DNA of 64,000 nt from Dehalococcoidia bacterium (GTDB taxonomy: Bacteria; Chloroflexota; Dehalococcoidia; Lucifugimonadales; UBA3495). Both the position numbers and the translations under genes were made by a program. Within the stretch, counting starts at the first letter, position 1, and each line of letters starts with the position of its first letter. Under the pieces are notes generated by a model. It ran no database searches, was not told the origin of the DNA, and worked only from the letters and a program-made list of their open reading frames with translations. Location: contig CBDESR010000005.1 in the NCBI GenBank assembly GCA_965242615.1, forward strand, positions 838,854 through 902,853, given 5' to 3'. Below are positions 23,360-30,334 of this stretch, in pieces.

Positions 23360-24970
23360 TTAGGTCCAGAGTTTGGGGGGTGGGGGTGGGGGGAGGAGGG
23401 AGAGCATTAGGGCGTCGGCTTTGTCGGGGGAGGGGAGGCCGCGGCTGCGGATTTTTTCTTTGGGTTCGATGAGCATTCGGCCGCTGCTGTCGTAGGTGTA
23501 GCGGAGGGCGGCGAGTTGGCCGATGAGTTGGGGGTCGTTGGGGAGGGTGATGAGTTGGTGTTCGAGGAGTTGGGCGAGGTGGTGGTAGGCTTCGGCGCGG
23601 AGGTTGGCGTAGAGGTGGGGTTGGCGGGCTTTTCGGCTGGTGTTGACGGGGCGGATGCCGTAGCCTTGTTCTTTGAGGCGGTCGATGATGCCGGCGCCGA
23701 TGCCGATTTCGTCGATGCAGGTTTGGGTGGGGTGGTGTTGTTGGATTTGATGGGCGATGTGGCCGGTGAGGGTCATGGTGTCGAGGTGGTGGTAGGATTG
23801 GATGGATCGGATGTGGGGGCCGTGGCGGCGGAGGATGATGGAGTGGTCGGTGCCGAAGCGGGCGGGGTCGACGGCGATGATGATTTCGTGGGGGTTGATT
23901 TGGAGGCTGGGCATGGGGGGTTCCTGGCGTTGGTCGGAGTTGGATAGGGTCAGTTGGGGATGGTCGGTGTCTGCGGCGGCGGGTTTTGGATAGGCGGGAA
24001 GGGGTTGGATGGCGGGCATTTTAGATTCCTCGGCTGACGCCTCGGAATGACATGACCACGTAGTTGGGGCTGGATTGCCGGTTGCGGGGGAGGGATGGTG
24101 GTCTGCGGGTAGTCTGATGGCGGTTTCGAGGTGGGTTAGGTTGATGAGGGCGTCTTGGGTTTGGGTGGGGAATTGGCCGAGGATGCGGGCTTGGTAGAGG
24201 GGGTTGTCTATTCCCCAGAGGTTGGCGCGTTGTTGGACCCATTGTTTGGTGGCGAGGCCGGGGATGCGGGTTTGGCCGGCGGTGAGGTTGGGGGAGTCGA
24301 GGGCGGACATGGTGATGGTTTTGTAGATTTGTTGTTCTTGGTGGAAGGCGCGGCGGAAGGCGCCGCTGTTGGTGGTGGGGTTGCCGATGAGGAGGAGTTG
24401 GGCGTGGGCGGTGGTCATGATGGCTTCGATGGCTTCGTAGATGGGTTCGGCGACGCCTTCGGCTTCGTCGACGATGAGGAGGAGGTTGGGGGAGTGGAAG
24501 CCCTGGAATTGGTCGGCGGTGTCGGCGGAGAGGCCGAGGGCGTAGCGGTCGGGGGCGAGTTCCCAGCGGGTGTCGTGGAGTTGGCCGCCGAGGGTTTGGG
24601 GGTTGCGGCGGTGGAGGTTATGGATTTGGCGCCAGAGGATGTGGCGGACTTGGCGGAAGGTGGGGGCGGTGGAGAGGGCGATGGCGGGTTGGTGGGTGTG
24701 GAGGAACCAGAGGAGGGCGATGGCGGCGGTGAAGCCTTTGCCGAGGCCGTTGCCGGATTTGACGGCGATGCGTTGGTGGTGGGGGATAGCGTTGAGGATT
24801 TCGGCTTGTTTGGCCCAAGGGTGGACGCGGAGGGTGTAGCGGGCGAAGTGATAGGGCGTCAGCTGGATGGGGATAGCCGGGGGCGGCCGGGATGGGGCGG
24901 CCGCCGGCTGCCGGGACGGGGTTTTGTCCGGCGAGGGCAAGTTGGGGAAGAGGGGGCTGGGGGTGGGCAT
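23360..24970 (-). CDS. Phage terminase large subunit (with REP-derived in-frame linker)
   Basis: ORF trimmed to ATG 24970, 536 aa. Walker A AVKSGNGLGKGF, Walker B LLLIVDEAEG, nuclease domain IIIAVDPARFGTDHS. The linker contains a translated REP-B copy (WSCHSEASAEESKMPA). Confidence 0.75.
   Translation of the reverse strand: MPTPSPLFPNLPSPDKTPSRQPAAAPSRPPPAIPIQLTPYHFARYTLRVHPWAKQAEILNAIPHHQRIAVKSGNGLGKGFTAAIALLWFLHTHQPAIALSTAPTFRQVRHILWRQIHNLHRRNPQTLGGQLHDTRWELAPDRYALGLSADTADQFQGFHSPNLLLIVDEAEGVAEPIYEAIEAIMTTAHAQLLLIGNPTTNSGAFRRAFHQEQQIYKTITMSALDSPNLTAGQTRIPGLATKQWVQQRANLWGIDNPLYQARILGQFPTQTQDALINLTHLETAIRLPADHHPSPATGNPAPTTWSCHSEASAEESKMPAIQPLPAYPKPAAADTDHPQLTLSNSDQRQEPPMPSLQINPHEIIIAVDPARFGTDHSIILRRHGPHIRSIQSYHHLDTMTLTGHIAHQIQQHHPTQTCIDEIGIGAGIIDRLKEQGYGIRPVNTSRKARQPHLYANLRAEAYHHLAQLLEHQLITLPNDPQLIGQLAALRYTYDSSGRMLIEPKEKIRSRGLPSPDKADALMLSLLPPPPPPKLWT
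24011..24054. repeat. REP-B repeat copy embedded in-frame in the terminase gene
   Basis: ggcgggcattttagattcctcggctgacgcctcggaatgacatg. Confidence 0.85.
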
Positions 24971-24975
24971 GGGGG

Positions 24976-25131
24976 TTATCCCGGGCGTTTGGCGGGGGCG
25001 GCGGGTTGGGGGTTGGGGTTGGCGGGGCTGAAGAGGTAGCCGCAGCGGCGGCAGCGGTAGATTTGGTGGTCGGTGGGTTGGAGGCGGTCGAGGGGGATGA
25101 GGTCGGGGGAGGGGCAGCGGCGGCAGTGCAT
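24976..25131 (-). CDS. Small zinc-ribbon protein (51 aa; below ORF-track cutoff)
   Basis: ATG 25131 with AAGGAG upstream. Sequence MHCRRCPSPDLIPLDRLQPTDHQIYRCRRCGYLFSPANPNPQPAAPAKRPG, with CxxC...CxxC. The stop lies 5 nt before the terminase ATG. Confidence 0.55.
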   Translation of the reverse strand: MHCRRCPSPDLIPLDRLQPTDHQIYRCRRCGYLFSPANPNPQPAAPAKRPG

Positions 25132-25184
25132 TTTTGGCTCCTTGGGTTGAGATTTTGGATGGACCGGGGGTTGGCTGTTTTTTT

Positions 25185-25213
25185 ATGGTAGCGGGTGGTT
25201 TGGTGAGAGTCAA
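25185..25213 (-). promoter_or_regulatory. Predicted promoter of Zn-ribbon/terminase operon (TTGACT-17-TACCAT)
   Basis: Minus strand reads TTGACT (25208-25213), a 17-nt spacer, then TACCAT (25185-25190), in an AT-rich patch. Confidence 0.35.
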
Positions 25214-25326
25214 GTAATTTTGGAATGGATATTCTATTTTGATTGGGGAAAGGAAGGCGATAGGGGGGTGCGGTAGGATGGTGTACGGGGGGATGGGATG
25301 GGGGTTAGGGGTTAGATACCGGTGTT

Positions 25327-25354
25327 GGCGGAAACCGTGGCCGCGGTTTCCGCC
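25327..25354. other. Perfect 11-bp stem hairpin
   Basis: ggcggaaaccg-tggccg-cggtttccgcc. Confidence 0.8.
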
Positions 25355-25366
25355 TTGTCGGGAGAA

Positions 25367-25637
25367 GGTTGGCAGGTCTGACCATGTGGGTTGCTACACC
25401 GGTTGGATACCTTGCTGCACATTCCGGTAATGCCCGGTCAGGCTGCCGGTTACGGTTGCGCTACCTTGAGTTGGCTACTGGCGCCGGTTGGTATGGTTGC
25501 CATGCCGGCGGGTTGGCCCGGTGTTGCGACCGCGGTTGACCGTTCTCCAGTCAACCTGGGTTGCTCCGACTCCTGTGAGGTTGGGGCGGCGGTTTGATAC
25601 GGCTAGTGGGTTTTGCCGTTGGCCGCTGCTCCGGTTG
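25367..25637. repeat. Cluster of at least 11 GGTTG(G/C) motifs in non-coding DNA (iteron-like)
   Basis: GGTTG starts at 25367, 25389, 25401, 25454, 25486, 25495, 25511, 25534, 25559, 25579 and 25633. Includes the inverted pair GGTTGAC-N9-GTCAACC (25534-25556). Confidence 0.7.
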
Positions 25638-25778
25638 GGGATTACGGGGCCTTGGGCCGTTCCCCGGGGGTAGGAGTTTTTGAGGCGTCCGGCGGCTTGT
25701 TTAGCCGGCCGGGGCCCACAGCGCGCTGTGTGGAGCGATATTTAGTTTTACGGTAAGCTTAGCGTAAGAACCCGGCGT

Positions 25779-25812
25779 CCCGGGGTCAGGTTAACCGTGA
25801 CGGGTTTTATTA
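25779..25812 (+). terminator. Terminator-like bulged hairpin + TTTTATTAT on the + strand with no + strand CDS upstream
   Basis: cccggggtcaggttaaccgtgacggg followed by ttttattat. About 9 bp of pairing with two bulges. Confidence 0.35.
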
Positions 25813-25850
25813 TGGGGGATGGTTTGGTGGTTGTCAAGGGGGTTTTTGGG

Positions 25851-25897
25851 GGGAATTTTCGGGAATTAAGAATTTAGAATTAGGAATTAAGAATTGG
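25851..25897. repeat. AT-rich GAATT-tract repeat, second copy
   Basis: gggaattttcgggaattaagaatttagaattaggaattaagaattgggggg. Confidence 0.8.
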
Positions 25898-25933
25898 GGG
25901 GACGGGAGTCTGCGGGTCTTGAGAGGGGGTTTA

Positions 25934-25975
25934 GGGCGGGCGTTTTAGATTCCTCCCTTTGGTCGGAATGACATG
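25934..25975. repeat. REP-B repeat copy (variant)
   Basis: gggcgggcgttttagattcctccctttggtcggaatgacatg. Confidence 0.7.
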
Positions 25976-26000
25976 AGCGGCTGAGGCGGGAGTTTGGGGA

Positions 26001-26048
26001 GTTTTTAAGGGCGGGGGTTCTGGATTCCTGCTTTCGGGGGAAGGACGG
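26001..26048. repeat. REP-A repeat copy (long form)
   Basis: gtttttaagggcgggggttctggattcctgctttcgggggaaggacgg. Confidence 0.75.
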
Positions 26049-26930
26049 TTACTTTCGGGAAGGATGGGGGCCGGAGGATGGGGGGATGGCGGGGGCGGGG
26101 ATGATGTCGCTGTCGCCGGTGATGAGGATGGCTTACGGGATGAGGCGCTTGGCGGCGAGGAGGACGAGGGCGACGCCGAGGAGGATGTCAACCGGTTTTT
26201 GCTCGAAGATGGGGCCGCCGCGCCGGGAACGGCCGATATAGGCGCGGCGGCCGCGGCGGACGGTGTAGCGGGGCAAGCGTTCGAGGGCGTTAAAGAAGCT
26301 GCGGCGTCCGGCGTAGCGGGACTGTTCCTCCTCAGCCTTGCTCTGCCGCCGTCTAACGCTCCTGGGGGGCTTGCAGGTTATCGGTGGCGCGAACCCCACA
26401 TCCGAAGGCATATTGACACGCAGGTCTGGGCGACCGGTGAGGATTTCCAACCGACCCAATGGATGAATTCCAAGTCCCCATCTTTCTTACAATACCCCGA
26501 CCTAGCAGGGCGGCCAATTCAAGCCGTGCAATCTTGGCTTGGGCTTCTGGAACATCCCCGACCTATAATTAAAGGCGATGTTGTCAAGCCAATTGGCAAT
26601 TATCTGCTTTACACAACAAGCCGGGCCGGTAGGTTGACCGGCCCGCCGGTTTCTTGTCCTGCTTTGCTGGATTTTCCCAGCGAGGAAACCGCTACAGGCC
26701 GGCTAGTTGATGTACCCGATGGAGCGAACCGCCAGCGGCACGGACGGCCCATTGACGGTTCCCGAGGCCCGCAATATGCCGTTTTCAATGACCGGGCATT
26801 CTTTCCAAGTAATGGCGTTATGTTCCTGGAAAAGATGGGCTTTATCGGGGAAGCGGGAACAAAGGGTAGCGGGCGGACGGGGAGTGTAGGGGTAGTAGGC
26901 GGGCGTAGCGGGCGTGGGCGTAGGAGGCAG

Positions 26931-27251
26931 ATGTTCCCGGATGACGCTGCCGCTGAGGAGTGGTTTATCGCTAATCGTTGGCCCGATGGCCGTCGCTGCT
27001 CCCATTGCGCCAGCTCCAACGCCGGGCGGGAAGGCAAGCATCCTCAGATGCCCCTCCACTGCCGGGACTGCCGCAAGTTCTTTTCAGTGAAAACCGGCAC
27101 GGTGATGCAGTCCTCCAAGTTGGGATATCAAAAGTGGGCTTTGGCCATCTACCTCCTGGCCCGCCAAATCGGCGGCCATTTTCCGCAGCTGCTTTACTTC
27201 CTGCAAAGCGGCGTCCCGCTGGGCATCATTCATAACTGGCATTTCTCCTGA
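26931..27251 (+). pseudogene. IS1595-family transposase, N-terminal zinc-ribbon fragment only
   Basis: MFPDDAAAEEWFIANRWPDGRRCSHCASSNAGREGKHPQMPLHCRDCRKFFSVKTGTVMQSSKLGYQKWALAIYLL matches the IS1595 N-terminal transposase zinc-ribbon. The reading frame then degenerates and no DDE domain follows. Confidence 0.7.
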
Positions 27252-27277
27252 CCAAGCGCAACCGCTACTTCTCCGCC

Positions 27278-27355
27278 GGTTCCGTTTCGTTTTAGCAGTT
27301 TTTTAACTGTACGATATTTGCGTACATTTGGAAACTGCTAAAACAGAACGGAACC
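27278..27355. mobile_element. MITE-like palindromic element, variant copy (termini GGTTCCGTT...AACGGAACC)
   Basis: ggttccgtttcgttttagcagtttt...acgatatt...aaactgctaaaacagaacggaacc. Its termini and the ACGATATT core are shared with 39755-39842 and 48171-48249. Confidence 0.65.
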
Positions 27356-27398
27356 GCCTGGTATTTTGCGAATTGATTCGGCGGGGGAACCAGATTGC

Positions 27399-27752
27399 CT
27401 AATCCCGCAGGATGCTCCGAATCTTGCGATAAGCAACGACACAAATAACCACCGCTATCACTTGCCCCACCACGCCAGCCATCAAACCCCGGATGCCGAG
27501 TCCGCTGGCTACTTCTCCCAACCTACCGAACTCCGCCAACCCCCGACTGGAGGGCCAGATGTCGTAGCCCCGAATAATCGGCAAAAACCAATCCACCGGA
27601 CCAAGGTCGCTCGCCGGCCTAAAGAAACTGCCACCCATTCGATCAATCATCCCTATAAAGAACACGCTGTACCACACCCACCCATTAGCCCACAGAAACG
27701 CCAGAGCCAACACGCCCACCAAACCCGCCATAAACCACTTAGAATCGTTCAT
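27399..27752 (-). CDS. Small membrane protein (hypothetical, 117 aa)
   Basis: ATG 27752 with AGGAGGG RBS. Three hydrophobic spans (FMAGLVGVLALAFLWANGWVWYSVFFIGMI; ...GLMAGVVGQVIAVVICVVAY). Confidence 0.6.
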   Translation of the reverse strand: MNDSKWFMAGLVGVLALAFLWANGWVWYSVFFIGMIDRMGGSFFRPASDLGPVDWFLPIIRGYDIWPSSRGLAEFGRLGEVASGLGIRGLMAGVVGQVIAVVICVVAYRKIRSILRD

Positions 27753-28028
27753 TCCCGCAAACCCTCCTAAATTTGATTGGGGGCGAGCCGCAACCCGCCC
27801 CGGATTCCCCTACGCCGGTTCCTTATGCCCGGCAACCGCTGCAATGAGCGGGCGGGCAAACTCCAGCACGCCGCCAATTTGTTCCGCCGCCTATGTTAAT
27901 GCTGAATCTGATTTGCTGTCAACTTTCCCCATCCCGCCCAACGTCGTCTCCCCCTTGACTCCCCCATCCTATACCGCTATCTTTCAACCCAACATCCTCA
28001 ACTAAAACGCCACTGGAGGCTGTCCACC

Positions 28029-28988
28029 GTGCGGGCCATTGACATTCACGCCCACCAGGAACCCCAATGCTTTCAGCGGGCCATCGCCGCCGGCCAATCT
28101 TGGCACGGCCTTACCGCCGCCAGCCCCGAAGCCGACATCGACCCGATGGAAATGTGGACGCCGGAGCAGCGCATCGCCGATATGGACTCTTTGGGCGTGG
28201 ATGTGCAGGTAGTTTCCACCAGTTCCGCCTTTTATCTGTACGACCGGGAGCCGTCCGTTACCGCCGCCATCGCCCGGGAGTGCAACGACGAAGTGCATCA
28301 GCTTACCCTCGACCATCCCGACCGCTTCCGCGGCTTCGCTACCCTGCCGATGCAGGATATTCCGGCCGCCATTGCCGAACTGGAGCGCGCCGTGCAACAG
28401 TTGGGGATGGTCGGCGCGATGATTGACGACAAGGTCAACGCCAAAACCTATGATGACCCCGCTTTTCTCCCCTTCTGGCAAGCCGCCGAGCAGTTGGGCG
28501 CATTGCTGTTCATCCATCAGGGCGACCCCACCGTAGTGGAATCCCGCACTGAACGCTGGCATCTGCCCAACACCGTCGGCAATCCCGTGGACCGGGCTAT
28601 CACCTTCGCCGCCTTCGTCTATGGCGGCGTTCTCGACAAATGCCCCGACTTGAAAATCTGCCTGGCGCACGGCGGCGGCTATACCTGTTTCGGCATTGGG
28701 CGGATGGATCGCGGCTGGCAAGTGCGCGCTGAAGCCCGAGCCCATATCAGCAACCCGCCCAGCCATTACCTGCGCCGCTTCTACTACGATTGCCTCACCC
28801 ACAGCGAACCGGCCCTGCGGATGTTGATTGATACGGTGGGCGTTGACCGGGTAGTGCTAGGCACTGACTGGCCGGCCAATATGCGGATTGACTGGCCGGT
28901 CTCCTGGGTTTTGGGATTGCAAAGCCTGACCCAGGATGAAAAAGAAGCCATCCTCTGGAAAAACCTCGAGCGGTTGCTGGGCATTTAG
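28029..28988 (+). CDS. Amidohydrolase-2 family metal-dependent hydrolase/decarboxylase (ACMSD-like)
   Basis: 319 aa, GTG start after GGAGG. Sequence RAIDIHAHQEP..., ...LFIHQGDP..., ...CLAHGGGY..., LGTDWP. Confidence 0.75.
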   Translation: MRAIDIHAHQEPQCFQRAIAAGQSWHGLTAASPEADIDPMEMWTPEQRIADMDSLGVDVQVVSTSSAFYLYDREPSVTAAIARECNDEVHQLTLDHPDRFRGFATLPMQDIPAAIAELERAVQQLGMVGAMIDDKVNAKTYDDPAFLPFWQAAEQLGALLFIHQGDPTVVESRTERWHLPNTVGNPVDRAITFAAFVYGGVLDKCPDLKICLAHGGGYTCFGIGRMDRGWQVRAEARAHISNPPSHYLRRFYYDCLTHSEPALRMLIDTVGVDRVVLGTDWPANMRIDWPVSWVLGLQSLTQDEKEAILWKNLERLLGI

Positions 28989-29023
28989 CCACCCTTTCAT
29001 CATCCCCGTCCAACTCCCAATTC

Positions 29024-30307
29024 CTAATGTCCTGCCCCCGGTATCAAGGCAAACCCGGTATAAGGCCGTAGCACTTCGGGAATTACTACCGACCCGTCCG
29101 CTTGCTGATAGTTCTCCAAAATGGCAATCAGCGCGCGGGGCAATGCCAAGCCCGACCCGTTCAAGGTGTGGGCCAGTTCCGGCCGCGCCCCGGCGGCCGG
29201 CCGGTAGCGGATGTTGGCTCGCCGCGCCTGAAAGTCGGTGCAGTTGGAGCAGGAACTGACCTCCAGCCACTCGCCGCAGCCGGCAGCCCAGACTTCAATA
29301 TCGTAGGTCATTGCCGAGGGAAAGGAGATGTCCCCGGCGCACAGCTGCAACACCCGGTAGGGCAAGCCCAGCCGTTGGCACACCGTTTCGGCATCGGCGA
29401 CCAGTCGCTCCAGTTCGGCGTCGGACTGCTCCGGGGCTACGAACTTATACATTTCCACCTTGTTGAACTGATGCACCCGCTTGATGCCCCGGGTGTCCCG
29501 GCCGGCGGCCGCCTTTTCCCGCCGGAAACAGGGCGTCTGCGCTACCAAGTAGCGCGGCAGGGCATCGGCCGGCAGGATTTCGTCCCGATACATATTGGTT
29601 ATTGGCACTTCGGCGGTGGGAATCAGCCACAGGTCATCCTCGGCGTCGTGATACAGGTTGTCGGCGAACTTGGGCAAGTTGCCGGAACCCTCCATAATTT
29701 CCCGCCGCACCAGGATGGGCAGCGCCAGCTCGGTATAGCCGTGTTCCCCGGTGTGCAGGTCGAGCATCCAGCTAATCAAAGCCCGCTCCAGCCGGGCCCC
29801 GTAGCCGGCCAAGGTATAGAACCGGCTGCCGGCCAGTTTGACGCCGCGCTGAAAGTCAATGATGCCCAATTCCTCGGCCAAATCCCAATGCGGCTTGACC
29901 GGAAAGTCCGGGACGACCGGCTCGCCCCATTCCCGGACGATGACATTCGCCGCGGCGGACAATCCTTCCGGGACGCCGGGCCGCGGCAAGTTGGGCAGTT
30001 CCAGCAGGATGGCGTTGACCTGCTCGCCCAGGTCTTTGCTTTCCTGCTCCAAGGCGGCGATTTCCGGACCGATGGCGCGCATTTCGGATACGGTGTCGGG
30101 CGGCGCCTCCTGCCCGGCAGCCCGCAGCTGCCCGATTTCCCGGCTGACCGCATTGCGCCGCGCCCGCAGTTCATCGCCCCGGCTGATGGCGACCCGGCGG
30201 CGGGCGTCGAGTTCCAGCAGTTCGTCGAGGGAATCCTCCTCGCCCCGCCGGGACAGGGCGGCGCGGACGGTGTCGGGGTCGCGGCGGATTAGTTCGATGG
30301 ATAGCAT
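29024..30307 (-). CDS. serS: Seryl-tRNA synthetase
   Basis: 427 aa. Sequence MLSIELIRRDPDTVRAALSRRGEE... (coiled-coil arm), then class II core ...FRREKAAAGRDTRGIKRVHQFNKVEMY...GSGLALPRALIAILENYQ. Confidence 0.95.
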   Translation of the reverse strand: MLSIELIRRDPDTVRAALSRRGEEDSLDELLELDARRRVAISRGDELRARRNAVSREIGQLRAAGQEAPPDTVSEMRAIGPEIAALEQESKDLGEQVNAILLELPNLPRPGVPEGLSAAANVIVREWGEPVVPDFPVKPHWDLAEELGIIDFQRGVKLAGSRFYTLAGYGARLERALISWMLDLHTGEHGYTELALPILVRREIMEGSGNLPKFADNLYHDAEDDLWLIPTAEVPITNMYRDEILPADALPRYLVAQTPCFRREKAAAGRDTRGIKRVHQFNKVEMYKFVAPEQSDAELERLVADAETVCQRLGLPYRVLQLCAGDISFPSAMTYDIEVWAAGCGEWLEVSSCSNCTDFQARRANIRYRPAAGARPELAHTLNGSGLALPRALIAILENYQQADGSVVIPEVLRPYTGFALIPGAGH

Positions 30308-30334
30308 CGGATTTAACCTTGCCTAACTCTGGGA

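Larger units (their letters stand above)
21993..25131 (-). mobile_element. Degraded phage (or GTA-like) packaging-module remnant: Zn-ribbon, large terminase, portal only
   Basis: Three co-directional genes with no capsid, protease, tail, integrase or lysis genes nearby. Extreme C/A-ending codon usage. REP-B copies lie between and inside the genes. Confidence 0.65.

Noticed and set aside
25239-25700. The structured non-coding region as a known RNA (tmRNA, RNase P RNA, 6S, group II intron).
   Set aside because: I found none of the signature sequences I can recall: no tRNA-like 3' end with TPsiC arm plus CCA, no GAGGAAAGUCC-type P4 sequence, no intron domain V-like hairpin. It is kept as an unexplained finding instead.
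26133-26411. Basic tail-anchored mini-ORF (MPSDVGFAPPITCKPPRSVRRRQSKAEEEQSRYAGRR...PVDILLGVALVLLAAKRLIP).
   Set aside because: No RBS and Arg-rich low complexity. It lies in a decay zone next to REP elements and opposite another open frame. There is not enough evidence to call it a gene.
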